The notes: generated from the letters alone by a model not told the origin. A stretch of 64,000 nucleotides of DNA from Deltaproteobacteria bacterium (GCA_034670305.1 JAXMNT010000026.1:25402-89401); one strand, 5' to 3'. Positions 30,652-40,363 are shown, counted from the stretch's first letter. A program made the numbers and translations.

Positions 30652-31015
30652 CCCGCCGAAGCCGAAGCACGTCGCCGAGGCCGAAGCCGAGGCCGAAGCC
30701 GAAGCCGAATCCGAGGCCGAAGCCGAGGCCGAAGCCGAAGCCGAAGCCGAAGCCGAAGCCGAATCCGAAGCCGAGGCCGACGCCGAATCCGAGGCCGAAT
30801 CCGACGCCGGACAGCCGAAGCCGAGGCCGAAGCCGAGGCCGACGCCGAAGCCGACCCCGAATCCGAAGCCGAGGCCGAAGCCGAGGCCGACGCCGAAGCT
30901 GACCCCGAATCCGAGGCCGAAGCCGAATCCGAGGCCGAAGCCGAAGCCGAATCCGAAGCCGACGCCGAAGCCGAATCCGAGGCCGACGCCGTTTCCGCTT
31001 CTGCTTCTGCTTCTG
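30652..31015. repeat. Intergenic hexanucleotide microsatellite (GCCGAR)n, about 60 units
   Basis: gccgaagccgaggccgaagccgaatcc... continues unbroken for about 360 bp. Confidence 0.9.
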
Positions 31016-31105
31016 ACAAAGGGAGAGGGCGGCCCCCTCCGGAGAGGAGACCGCCCTCGCGGTTCGCTGGCGTTCATGCGCAGCGTTTGAGCAGCCTGGG
31101 TGACG

Positions 31106-32896
31106 TCAGGCGGCTTCTTGGTCGTCGTCGGACGAGGTGTCCGGAGGCGTGGTGTCGTTGCCGGCGGTGAGTTTCGCGGTGGCGGCGGAGGCGAGCGCCG
31201 AAGCACCCGCGCCCACCTTGCTCAGCACCCCGAGCGTGGTGTCGTCGGCCGCTTCGATGAAGCCGCCCACCGTGCGCGCCAGACTCTGGCCACGCACCAC
31301 CGACTCGAGGATCTTCGTCACGTCTTCCGGCGTGCCGTAGAGCGTCGCTTCCATCTTCTGGAAGAGCTTGGCGCTGGCTTCCGCCATGGCGATCTGCACT
31401 TCCTTCTCGGCGGTGACCCGCAGCTTCGCGATCTCGAAGTCCTGCGCGACCTTGCCGTGCTCTTCCCGGGCCTCCAGCTCTGGCTTGACGACCGTCTCGA
31501 CGCGCTCGCGGTCCACTTCGACCTGCGCACGCTCCACCTCGACGGGCACCATGGCCTTCGCCTTCTCGCCGTCGGCCTTCTGCCGCTCGGCTTCCGCTTC
31601 CGCTTCGGCCCGCATCCGGATCGCTTCCGCTTCCGCGTTGGCGGCCTGGCGCATGGCTTCGGCTTGCTTCTGCTTGGCGTAGGCGGCCGCATCGGCCTTG
31701 CGCATCTCCGAGACGTACGCGGTCTCCGCTTGGGCCTGGGCTTCGATGACCGACTTCACGCGGGCGCGCTCGGCCTCCTCTTTCACCCGGACGGTCTCCA
31801 CCTTCTGGCGCGCGGTCTCCCGCTCCACTTCCGCATCGGCGAGGGCGCTCTCGGCGGCCGCACGAAGCGTCTCGGCTTCGGCGATCTTCCGGTCCTTCTC
31901 CCGCTCCGCGATCTGCGTAGCGCTCTGTTGCTCCCGGGCCGCGACTTCCAAGGCTTGGATCTTCCCGATCTCCGCCAGGTCGAGCTGCCTCTGCACGGCG
32001 ATGCCCTTTTCGCGGGCTTCGAGCGTGCTCTGTTGTTCGGTCTTCTCGATCGCGGCCCGTTGACGGGCGCCCGCCTCTTTCTCTTGCCGCTCGAGTTCGA
32101 GCAGCTCCTGGGTGGTCACGACGTCCTGCTCCGCGCGGGCCCGCTCGCCTTCACGGACGAGGCGGTTGCGCTCGGTCAGGTTCTGCTGCGTGATCTCCGC
32201 GATCTTGCGGCGGCCTTGTGCGTCGAAGATGTTCGAGTCCTTGAGGAACTTCTCGTCCGTCTGGTCGAGGCGCGAGATGGTCACCGTCTCGAGAATCAGA
32301 CCGTTCGAGAGAAGATCGCCGGCGACGAACTTCATCACCTCCGCCAAGAAGTCGTCCCGCTCGCTGTTGAGCTGCTCGAGCGTCTTGCTCGCAGCGGCCG
32401 TGCGCAGCGCGCTGACCAACTTGTCCTCTACGAGACCCCGCACCGCTTGCGGGTCGCCCATGAGCTCCCCGAGGCTGCGCGACGCTTGGAGAATGCTCTC
32501 CCGCTCCGGCTGCACCCGCACGAAGAACTCCGCGTGCACATCGGCGCGCAGCTTGTCCTTGGTGATGAGCGCGTCCTGGTTGTCGCGCGTGACCTGCAGT
32601 TTCAGGGTCTGCAGACTGACCCGCAGAAGTTCATGCATGAAGGGGACGACGATCGCGCCTCCGTCTTGAATGACCTTCACCCCGCCCGCGCCAGTCCGCA
32701 CGAACGCTTCCGACGCCTTGGTGCGTTCGTAGAGTCGTGTGAAGAGCGTGAGCACGCCGCTGAGCACCACGCTCAGCCCTCCGACGATCATCATGATCGC
32801 GATGAGCCCGCCGCTGAGCGGGTGCCCGAGGGCCTCCGCTGCGAAGGGTCCGGCGAGCAGAAGCGCGCCGAAGAGGAAGAGGGTACCGATGGCCAT
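31106..32896 (-). CDS. yqiK: Flotillin-like SPFH/band-7 protein (YqiK family)
   Basis: It has an N-terminal TM helix, an SPFH domain, and a long E/A/R/Q-rich coiled-coil (flotillin repeat region). Confidence 0.8.
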   Translation of the reverse strand: MAIGTLFLFGALLLAGPFAAEALGHPLSGGLIAIMMIVGGLSVVLSGVLTLFTRLYERTKASEAFVRTGAGGVKVIQDGGAIVVPFMHELLRVSLQTLKLQVTRDNQDALITKDKLRADVHAEFFVRVQPERESILQASRSLGELMGDPQAVRGLVEDKLVSALRTAAASKTLEQLNSERDDFLAEVMKFVAGDLLSNGLILETVTISRLDQTDEKFLKDSNIFDAQGRRKIAEITQQNLTERNRLVREGERARAEQDVVTTQELLELERQEKEAGARQRAAIEKTEQQSTLEAREKGIAVQRQLDLAEIGKIQALEVAAREQQSATQIAEREKDRKIAEAETLRAAAESALADAEVERETARQKVETVRVKEEAERARVKSVIEAQAQAETAYVSEMRKADAAAYAKQKQAEAMRQAANAEAEAIRMRAEAEAEAERQKADGEKAKAMVPVEVERAQVEVDRERVETVVKPELEAREEHGKVAQDFEIAKLRVTAEKEVQIAMAEASAKLFQKMEATLYGTPEDVTKILESVVRGQSLARTVGGFIEAADDTTLGVLSKVGAGASALASAATAKLTAGNDTTPPDTSSDDDQEAA

Positions 32897-33054
32897 GTTG
32901 GTCTCCTTTCTGGGGACATTCGAGAACAGTCGGGCGATGCAGCCGGCCAAAGCCGCACCGCCCGGATGACCCGAGACGAACTCGGATCAACATCGGGGTC
33001 AGGTCAGGTCAGACAGAGGTCCCTGCGTCGCGAACGGCGCGGAACCAGAAGAGG

Positions 33055-33663
33055 TCATGCCTCGAGGCGGCTCACTGCGCGCGACTCGGGGCTCAGCGGG
33101 ACGACCACATAGAGGCCGGAGTCGTCGTCGTAGTCGACGACCACCAAGCGCTCGCCCTTGTCGAGCGGTGCGTCTGCGCGGCATTGGATCTCGTGGAGCG
33201 TGCCGGCGTCGTCGTGGATCTGCGCCGCGCCGGAGTCTCCGCCGACCCGCATGCGCGCGACGCCGGCGCAGCCGACCAGTTGGTCCCGCGAGAGGGAGTA
33301 GCTCTCGCTGGTGGGCATCACGCGCCCAAGCAGCTGCCCGACGACGCCGGACAGGAGCGGCGCCACCGCGAGGGCGACGAACGCGGCCACGGTGACGCCG
33401 AGACTCGGCTTGAGGATCATGCCGAGGGCGCCGAACGAGAGCAGGCCCGCGCTGAGGATGGCGGACACCGGAGCCCGGCCGACCCCGAACCAGGAGAGCA
33501 GCGAGAGCCAGCCCCCGCCCCCGTTCCCCTCCCCGTCCGCATCGGCGTCGACGTCCACGTCGACGTCCACATCGACGTCGACGTCCACATCGCCGCCGCC
33601 CAGCACCGTGCCGATGCCCAGCACCAGGGCGAGAAGGATGGGAATGGCGAAGAGGAGGTTCAT
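33055..33663 (-). CDS. yqiJ: NfeD-like membrane protein (YqiJ family) with an in-frame (DV)n tract
   Basis: It has TM helices plus a C-terminal OB-fold NfeD domain and lies immediately upstream of the flotillin gene. The DVDVDVDVDVDVDVDADAD tract is encoded by a (GACGTC)n repeat at about 33541-33600. Confidence 0.7.
   Translation of the reverse strand: MNLLFAIPILLALVLGIGTVLGGGDVDVDVDVDVDVDVDADADGEGNGGGGWLSLLSWFGVGRAPVSAILSAGLLSFGALGMILKPSLGVTVAAFVALAVAPLLSGVVGQLLGRVMPTSESYSLSRDQLVGCAGVARMRVGGDSGAAQIHDDAGTLHEIQCRADAPLDKGERLVVVDYDDDSGLYVVVPLSPESRAVSRLEA
33541..33600. repeat. In-frame (GACGTCNAC/GACGTC)n repeat inside yqiJ
   Basis: Read directly from the sequence. Confidence 0.8.
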
Positions 33664-33768
33664 GATGGGTAGCCTCTGAGCACGAACGATGCCGCGTCCG
33701 CGATCTCGATTTGTCCCGCAGATTCACGATTAGACACTCGACTGCTAGGTGCGGTTTTCATCACACAT

Positions 33769-34329
33769 ATGAAAATCGCCCGGAGATTGACGCCGGGCCG
33801 TGGTCGGTCGACGATGCGCGCCGTGCCCGACACCCCAACCGAACCCGCACCCCACGGGGGCGCGCCTGCGACTGCGACCGACCACACGGAAGCCCCGCGC
33901 GGATCGGTCCTCAAACGCACGAACCGGCTGATCCTCGCGATCGTGGCGTTTCAGCTGCTCGTCCCGCTGACCTACTACATGCGCGACGACCCGTACGACG
34001 AGCGGTTCGCTTGGCGCATGTTCTCGGCCGTCCGCTTGCACAACTGCCAGACCGAAGCGGTGGATCGCCGAGACGAAGGTGAAGCGCCGATCGCGCTCAC
34101 GAGCGTGATTCACCGCGCGTGGGTCAACCACCTGGGGCGCAATCGGGCCGAGGTCGTGCACGCGTTTCTGCGGCACCGGTGCGAGGTCGACGGAGTCGAT
34201 TCGGTGCAGGTGGTCAATCGGTGCGTGACACCCGACGGCACCGCGCTGCGGCCACAGGTGTACGTGCGCGAATGCGCCTCCGGTGAAGTGCAAGAGCCCG
34301 ACGCGCTCATCGTGGAGGCCACGCGATGA
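33769..34329 (+). CDS. Single-TM protein of unknown function, co-transcribed with the HTTM gene
   Basis: It has a TM helix (LILAIVAFQLLVPLTYYM) and several Cys. It overlaps the next gene through ATGA. Confidence 0.4.
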   Translation: MKIARRLTPGRGRSTMRAVPDTPTEPAPHGGAPATATDHTEAPRGSVLKRTNRLILAIVAFQLLVPLTYYMRDDPYDERFAWRMFSAVRLHNCQTEAVDRRDEGEAPIALTSVIHRAWVNHLGRNRAEVVHAFLRHRCEVDGVDSVQVVNRCVTPDGTALRPQVYVRECASGEVQEPDALIVEATR

Positions 34330-36164
34330 GCAAGAAGCGGAAGAAGAAGAAAAAGAAGAAGCAGTCGTCCATTCCGGCTGCGTCTTCCACGAAGCGCAGC
34401 GAACCGGCCATCGGCGAAGCCTTTCGGCCCAAGCAGCCCGATCACGCACCGGCCGCGCCGCGGGTGAAACGACGCGCTCCCCGACAGGGTTGGGGCGGCT
34501 TCTGGTACGGCCCGGTCGATCCGGTCCGGCCGTGGCTGCTCTCGCGCCTGCTGCTGATGATGGTGGCGTTCGACTGTTGGCTCGATCTCGTACCGCACGG
34601 TGGCCGGTACGGGTTCAACGACTTCAACGTCGCGCACTTCCGGATCCTCGACGCCCTGCAGCCGGTGCCGAGCAGCGGGTTCTACGTCGGGACCATTCTG
34701 CTGACCGGCTTCGCGGCGTTCGTGATGGCGCTGTCCAAACCCAACCGCCTGGGTCTCGCGGCGGTGTTCGGGCTCTACACCTACGCGTGGATGATGAGCA
34801 TGCTGGACAGCTACCAGCACCACTACCTCATCTCGCTGTTGCTCTTCGCGCTCATCTTCTTTCCGCGAGTCGCGGCGGCCGATGTCTTTCCGCGCTCCAA
34901 GGGGCGCACGCCCCCGAGCGCGGTGATCGGCGGCGCGCTCTTCGGGTACGGCGTCTACGAAACGGTGGTCGGGGTGTGCGGCGGCCCGACGCCGCTTGGG
35001 CTCTTCGGACCCGGCGCCGCGGTGGGCACCCCGGCGTGGATCTGGATGGTGCGGGTTGCGATGGCACTCGGCGGCGGCCTGCTCGCGTTTCTTCCCGAGA
35101 AGAAACCCGACGTGCTCGACCCGAAGAAGCTGAAAGCGACCGCACCGAAACGGAAGTTCCCCGAGATCAGCGCGTGGGGCTACGTCCTGCTCGGCGTGAC
35201 CTGCGCGATCGTCTACTTCTACACCGCGGTCGGCAAACTCAGCCCAGACTGGCGCGATGGACACGCGCTCCAGCGCCTCGGCCGCAGCGAACACCTCAGC
35301 GCACTCTTGAACACCGCGACCACCGAGGGCCTCCCCCTCTTCGGGGTGATGGAACCGGCGTCGTTCTGGAAGTGGATGGCGGCCGGCGCGATCTTGGTCC
35401 AGTTCGTCACCTGCGCCGGCTACATCGCGGGGTCCCGCTACGAGGTCCTGCCGCGCTGGGGCCGGTGGGCACTGGCCGTCGCACTCGGCGCACCGATCTC
35501 GTTTCACATCGGCGCCGAGCTCGGTCTGAGCCTCGACATCGGCTGGTTCAGTTTCTACATGATCCTCGTCCCGCTCGTGTTCTTCCTCCCCGCGGTGGTG
35601 CTGCGTCGGGTGAGCGAAGGCGCAGCGCTCGCCTCGGGGTGGGTCCAGTCGAAGTGGCCCGCCTCCCTTCCGACGAGCACGACCGCGATGGTGACCGCGG
35701 TGGCCGGCATCGGCGTGGCGCTCTTCGTCGGCATGCGGATCGACCTGCCGGGCGCCCACATGGCGCTGACGATCGGCGCGATGTGCGTCGCGGCCGCGGC
35801 CATCAACGGCGTGCGTCTGAGGCGCGCACCCGAGGCGCTCTCGTGGGCGGCGGGCAGCGTGCTCGCGCTCATCTTCTGTTGGGGGTCGATCGCCCAGAGC
35901 GAAGCGCGTTTCGACTTCTACCGATTCGTCGGCGGCGAGTACCGCCGCCACGGCGAACCCGAGCGCGCGCTCGACGCCTACGTGAAAGCGAACCGGTACG
36001 TCGTCTCGCCGTGGTGTCTCTACCGCGGGCGCGATCTGGTCGAGTGTTACCGGGACGAGACGTACGCGGGTGAGGTCGCCGCAGGGCTCGAGGGCGTGCG
36101 GGTGGAGCGGCGCGATCGCCAGCGTCAGGAAGACGAGATGCGCGCGCTCGTCGGTGCCGAGTGA
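34326..36164 (+). CDS. HTTM-domain (vitamin K-dependent gamma-carboxylase-like) polytopic membrane protein with a poly-Lys N-terminus
   Basis: The N-terminus is MSKKRKKKKKKKQ. The HTTM-like region begins WYGPVDPVRPWLLSRLLLMMVAFDCWLDLV, and more than 10 TM segments follow. Confidence 0.55.
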   Translation: MSKKRKKKKKKKQSSIPAASSTKRSEPAIGEAFRPKQPDHAPAAPRVKRRAPRQGWGGFWYGPVDPVRPWLLSRLLLMMVAFDCWLDLVPHGGRYGFNDFNVAHFRILDALQPVPSSGFYVGTILLTGFAAFVMALSKPNRLGLAAVFGLYTYAWMMSMLDSYQHHYLISLLLFALIFFPRVAAADVFPRSKGRTPPSAVIGGALFGYGVYETVVGVCGGPTPLGLFGPGAAVGTPAWIWMVRVAMALGGGLLAFLPEKKPDVLDPKKLKATAPKRKFPEISAWGYVLLGVTCAIVYFYTAVGKLSPDWRDGHALQRLGRSEHLSALLNTATTEGLPLFGVMEPASFWKWMAAGAILVQFVTCAGYIAGSRYEVLPRWGRWALAVALGAPISFHIGAELGLSLDIGWFSFYMILVPLVFFLPAVVLRRVSEGAALASGWVQSKWPASLPTSTTAMVTAVAGIGVALFVGMRIDLPGAHMALTIGAMCVAAAAINGVRLRRAPEALSWAAGSVLALIFCWGSIAQSEARFDFYRFVGGEYRRHGEPERALDAYVKANRYVVSPWCLYRGRDLVECYRDETYAGEVAAGLEGVRVERRDRQRQEDEMRALVGAE

Positions 36165-37387
36165 CGCCGGGGACGCCGAGTGGGGTCGCGCTCGTCGGGG
36201 ATCAATGGATCCTGCCAGGCATCGCCACCGCGCACTCGCACGCGTTCCAACGGGCGCTGCGAGGTCGTACGCAATCGGTGAACGCGTCGGCGACCCGCGA
36301 CTTCTGGTCGTGGCGGGGATTGATGTACCAGCTCGCTGGGCGGCTCGATCCGGACTCGATCTACGACTTGAGCCGGTTCGCGTTCGCGGAACTCGCCCGC
36401 CACGGCGTCACCGCGGTCGGTGAGTTCCACTACGTGCAGCACGACCCGAAGGGCCAGCCCTACGCCGACCGCATCGCGATGGCGGACGCGGTGGTTCGGG
36501 CGGCGCGGGACGTCGGGTTGCGGATCACCTTGCTGCGCGTGCTCTATCAACGCGGCGGGTTCGGACGCGGCCTCGACGAGGTCCAGCGGCGGTTCTCGGA
36601 TCCGGAGGTCGGGCACGCGCTCGCCGACGCCGACGCGATCGCGGCCCGGTTCGAGTCGGACGAAGGTGTGCGGGTCGGGCTCGCCCCCCACAGCGTCCGA
36701 GCGGCGGGTTCGGAATGGCTCGAGGCCGCGCGCGATCACTGCGAAGCGCGTGGATGGCCGCTGCACATGCACGTGTCGGAGCAGCCGCGGGAGAACCAGG
36801 AGTGTCTTGCCGAGCATGGGCTGACGCCGGTCGGTCTGCTCGAGCGACTCGGTCTGCTCTCGGAACGGTTCGTCGCTGTCCACGCCACCCACCTGCGCCG
36901 GAGCGACGTCGCATCCCTGGCCTCGAGCGGTGCGACGGCGTGCATCTGCCGAACGACCGAGCGCGACCTCGGAGACGGAGCGCCGGATCTGTCGGCGCTG
37001 GTGCGCGCTGGGGTGAAGCTCAGCGTGGGCGTCGACAGCCACGCGCAGAGCGATCCCTTCGAGGAGCTTCGCGCGGTCGAGCTCGACGAACGCACCCGAC
37101 TCGGACAGCGGCAGGTGGCCCTGGATGGCCCCGCGTTGCTGGAGGCGGGGTCGACGTCCGGGTACGCCTGCATCGGCCAGGCCCTCCAGGGCGACCGGAT
37201 CTGGCTCGACGCCAACGACTTCTCGCTCGGGGGCGATGCCGGCGTGGATGGCATCGTGTTTGGAGCGAACGGGCGCGCCGTGCAGCGAAGCCGGGTGCTC
37301 GGCGCAGACGTCGTGATGGACGGCCGGGTGCCCCACCAAGACGCGATCACCGCCGCCTTTCGATCCGCGGTCGCGCGGCTCTCGTAG
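36161..37387 (+). CDS. Amidohydrolase-superfamily deaminase (formimidoylglutamate deiminase HutF / 8-oxoguanine-guanine deaminase family)
   Basis: The N-terminal metal-binding LPGIATAHSHAFQRALRG matches the HutF/guanine deaminase HxH motif. It is translationally coupled (ATGA) to the HTTM gene. Confidence 0.6.
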   Translation: MTPGTPSGVALVGDQWILPGIATAHSHAFQRALRGRTQSVNASATRDFWSWRGLMYQLAGRLDPDSIYDLSRFAFAELARHGVTAVGEFHYVQHDPKGQPYADRIAMADAVVRAARDVGLRITLLRVLYQRGGFGRGLDEVQRRFSDPEVGHALADADAIAARFESDEGVRVGLAPHSVRAAGSEWLEAARDHCEARGWPLHMHVSEQPRENQECLAEHGLTPVGLLERLGLLSERFVAVHATHLRRSDVASLASSGATACICRTTERDLGDGAPDLSALVRAGVKLSVGVDSHAQSDPFEELRAVELDERTRLGQRQVALDGPALLEAGSTSGYACIGQALQGDRIWLDANDFSLGGDAGVDGIVFGANGRAVQRSRVLGADVVMDGRVPHQDAITAAFRSAVARLS

Positions 37388-37425
37388 GATCTGAAACGCG
37401 CGGCGCCGTCGCACGTAGACTCTTC

Positions 37426-38121
37426 ATGGTGGACTCGAAGCAACGCGACACTCGGCGAACCTTCATCCGGCGGGCCGCCGCAGGCACCGCGATCGCGGCG
37501 CTGGGTGGTTGGTACATGCTGGACGACGAGCTCACCGCAGAGGCGCGTGCGCAGGTCCGGCCGGATGGACGGCCGCGGCTGCCGCCTGGGCAGCGGGTCC
37601 TCTCCGAGCTGCGGGAGATGGGCGGCCAGATGGGTTCGGCGTCGCTCTCGGAGCTGCGGATCCGGGTGCATGGAGAAGTCGAGGCGCCGCTCCTCCTCAC
37701 GTTCCGGGAGCTGCTCGAGTTGCCGCAGACCGAGCGCGCGCTCGACGTGCACTGTGTGACCGGCTGGAGCGTGCTGGGAGCCCGGTTCGAAGGGGTCACC
37801 CTGACGGAGTTGGCCCGGCGGGTCCGGGTGAAGTCCTCGGCGCGGCATGTCGTGTTTGAAGCCGCGCATGGCTACACCGCCAATGTGCCGCTCCGAGAGG
37901 CGATGCGGGACGAGGTGATGGTCGCGCACCGAATCGGCGGCCGGCGCTTGCCCCGCGCGAACGGTGGGCCGGTGCGCGGGGTGGTGCCGAACCTGTACTT
38001 CTGGAAGAGCGCGAAGTGGCTGACCGGCATCCGGTTCTCGCGCCGCGATGTCCCCGGCTACTGGGAGGTGCGCGGCTACCACAACGTCGGCGACCCGTGG
38101 CGCGAGCAACGCTACGGATGA
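37426..38121 (+). CDS. Sulfite-oxidase-family molybdopterin oxidoreductase (YedY/MsrP-like) with a Tat signal
   Basis: It has RRTFIRRAAAGTAIAALGG (a twin-Arg signal) and VHCVTGWS (the YedY signature). Confidence 0.7.
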   Translation: MVDSKQRDTRRTFIRRAAAGTAIAALGGWYMLDDELTAEARAQVRPDGRPRLPPGQRVLSELREMGGQMGSASLSELRIRVHGEVEAPLLLTFRELLELPQTERALDVHCVTGWSVLGARFEGVTLTELARRVRVKSSARHVVFEAAHGYTANVPLREAMRDEVMVAHRIGGRRLPRANGGPVRGVVPNLYFWKSAKWLTGIRFSRRDVPGYWEVRGYHNVGDPWREQRYG

Positions 38122-38786
38122 CGGGGCGGGACAACCTGGACTCCGCCGCTCGGCAAGACGGCCCCGAAGACGGTTCGCTTCCCCCAGACGGCGCAACCGA
38201 TGAAGGCAGCTCCGAGAAGTCGGCCGCGAAGAAACGGGGCGCCGCGCTTCGCCGAACCTTGCGCGCGCTCCACCGGGACGCGGGCTACCTCGTCGTCGGC
38301 CTGACGTTCGTCTACGCGCTCAGCGGCATCGCCGTGAACCACGTCGAGGACTGGGACCCGAGCTTCGCGCATTTCGAACACACCCATCAGGTCACCCTGC
38401 CAGCGGGCGCGGACCAGGACGCGACCGTGGCCGCAGTGCTCAGCGCCCTCGAGATCGAGGAGATCCCGGTCGAGGTCTACGAAGCATCAGAGACCGAGCT
38501 CGACGTGGTCCTCGACCGCCGGACGTTGCACGTGGATCTGCGGAGCGGCGAAGTCTTCGAAGAAGGCCAAGAGCCCCGCTTCCTGCTGAGGGCCGCCAAC
38601 TGGCTGCACCTCAACCGGGGCAAAGCCGCGTGGACCTACGTCGCGGACGGCTTCGCGGTCCTGCTCTTGTTTCTGGCGACCAGCGGCCTGTTCATGCTGC
38701 CTGGCCGCAAAGGCCTGCTCGGTCGGGGCGGCATACTGGTGCTCATCGGTGCAGCGGTCCCCGTCCTCTACGTCCTCCTGAGCTGA
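38118..38786 (+). CDS. PepSY-associated-TM-like two-helix membrane protein
   Basis: LRALHRDAGYLVVGLTFVYALSGIAVNH matches the PepSY_TM HRW-like motif, and there is a second C-terminal TM helix. Its start overlaps the stop of the YedY-like gene. Confidence 0.45.
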   Translation: MTGRDNLDSAARQDGPEDGSLPPDGATDEGSSEKSAAKKRGAALRRTLRALHRDAGYLVVGLTFVYALSGIAVNHVEDWDPSFAHFEHTHQVTLPAGADQDATVAAVLSALEIEEIPVEVYEASETELDVVLDRRTLHVDLRSGEVFEEGQEPRFLLRAANWLHLNRGKAAWTYVADGFAVLLLFLATSGLFMLPGRKGLLGRGGILVLIGAAVPVLYVLLS

Positions 38787-38950
38787 CCCAATCGGGGGCG
38801 AGCCTTCGGGGCGACAGCGTCGAGAACTCTACCGAGGGCATGTCTCAACCCGCTGAGCGGGGACTTGGATCGGTGTGCACGCCGATGGGGCGAGCGTTCG
38901 CTCCGAGGGACTGCGGGTTGCTCGGCGGAGGCGGGGTGCCAAGGTGGCGC

Positions 38951-40303
38951 ATGAGCTGGTCGGTCGACAGTTGGCGGCAAAAGAACGTCGCGCAGGCGAT
39001 TCCCTACGAGGACGAGGCGGAGCTCGCAGAGGCCGTCGCGGCGCTGCGGCAACTGCCGCCGCTCGTGACGAGCTTCGAGATCGAGAAGCTCAAGTCGCTC
39101 ATCGCCGATGCCCAAGCCGGCAAGCGGTTCGTGCTGCAAGGCGGCGACTGCGCGGAGAGTCTGAGCGACTGCCGACCGGGGCCCATCGCGGCGAAGCTCA
39201 AGATCTTGCTCCAGATGAGCATGGTGCTGATTCACGGCGGAGAGCGTTCCGTCGTGCGCATCGGGCGGTTCGCGGGCCAGTACGCCAAACCCCGTTCCAA
39301 ACCCTACGAGACGATTGGCGACGTCACGCTCCCGAACTACTTCGGGGATCTGGTCAACCGCCCGGAGTTCACGCCCGAGGCGCGCCGCGCCGATCCGAGC
39401 CTGCTCATCGATGGCTACAAACACGCCGCGATGACCCTCAACTTCATCCGCTCCCTGACCGACAGCGGCTTCGCGGACCTGCACCACCCGGAGTACTGGG
39501 ATCTGTCCTTCATGGAGAGCGCGACCCTCTCCGCCTCCCTGCGCGACGCCTACCAGCGCACCGTCGACTCCGTCTCGTCCTCGTTGCGCTTCGTGCAGTC
39601 GCTCGGCGATGGCGCGGCCAGCGAACTGCAGCGGGTCGAGTTCTTCACGAGCCACGAAGGGCTCAACCTGCACTACGAGTCCGCGCTCACCCAGACCGTG
39701 CCCCGCCGCGCCGGTCACTACGATCTGAGCGCCCACCTGCCGTGGATCGGCGAACGCACCCGCACCCTCGACGGCGCGCACATCGAGTTCTTCCGCGGCA
39801 TCCAGAACCCGATCGGCGTCAAGGTCGGACCGACCGCGACCGGCGCCGACGTGCTCGCACTCCTCGACGTGCTCAACCCGGACGACGAGCCCGGCAAGAT
39901 CGTGCTCATCACCCGGATGGGCGCGAAGAAGATCCGCGAAGCCCTCCCGCCGATCCTCGAAGCGGTCCACGCCACCGGGCGCCCGGTGCTCTGGATCTGC
40001 GACCCGATGCACGGCAACACCCACGAGACGAGCTCCGGCCGCAAGACCCGAAACTTCGAAGCGATCCTCGCGGAGCTCGAAGGCTGCGTGGCGGCGCACG
40101 CCCAAGTCGGCACCTACTTCGGCGGCGTGCACTTCGAGCTCACGGGCGACGACGTGACCGAGTGCATGGGCGGCGCGGAAGGCCTCACCGAAGAGGACCT
40201 CGAGCGCAACTACACCACCCTGTGCGATCCGCGCCTCAACTACCGCCAAGCGCTCGAGCTCACTTTCCGCATCAGCCAACTCTGGTCCAGCACCCGCCGC
40301 TGA
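38951..40303 (+). CDS. 3-deoxy-7-phosphoheptulonate (DAHP) synthase, class II
   Basis: It has the LQGGDCAE and WICDPMHGNT hallmarks and is about 450 aa. Confidence 0.85.
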   Translation: MSWSVDSWRQKNVAQAIPYEDEAELAEAVAALRQLPPLVTSFEIEKLKSLIADAQAGKRFVLQGGDCAESLSDCRPGPIAAKLKILLQMSMVLIHGGERSVVRIGRFAGQYAKPRSKPYETIGDVTLPNYFGDLVNRPEFTPEARRADPSLLIDGYKHAAMTLNFIRSLTDSGFADLHHPEYWDLSFMESATLSASLRDAYQRTVDSVSSSLRFVQSLGDGAASELQRVEFFTSHEGLNLHYESALTQTVPRRAGHYDLSAHLPWIGERTRTLDGAHIEFFRGIQNPIGVKVGPTATGADVLALLDVLNPDDEPGKIVLITRMGAKKIREALPPILEAVHATGRPVLWICDPMHGNTHETSSGRKTRNFEAILAELEGCVAAHAQVGTYFGGVHFELTGDDVTECMGGAEGLTEEDLERNYTTLCDPRLNYRQALELTFRISQLWSSTRR

Positions 40304-40363
40304 CCGAGCGCCGAAAAGGCCAAGCTCAAGTGCTCTGCGCAGCCCGACAACGGTCAGCGCAAG

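Noticed and set aside
2226-31015. CRISPR array interpretation of the tandem repeats
   Set aside because: The unit is only 6 nt, there are no unique spacers, no leader and no cas genes. These are microsatellites, not CRISPRs.
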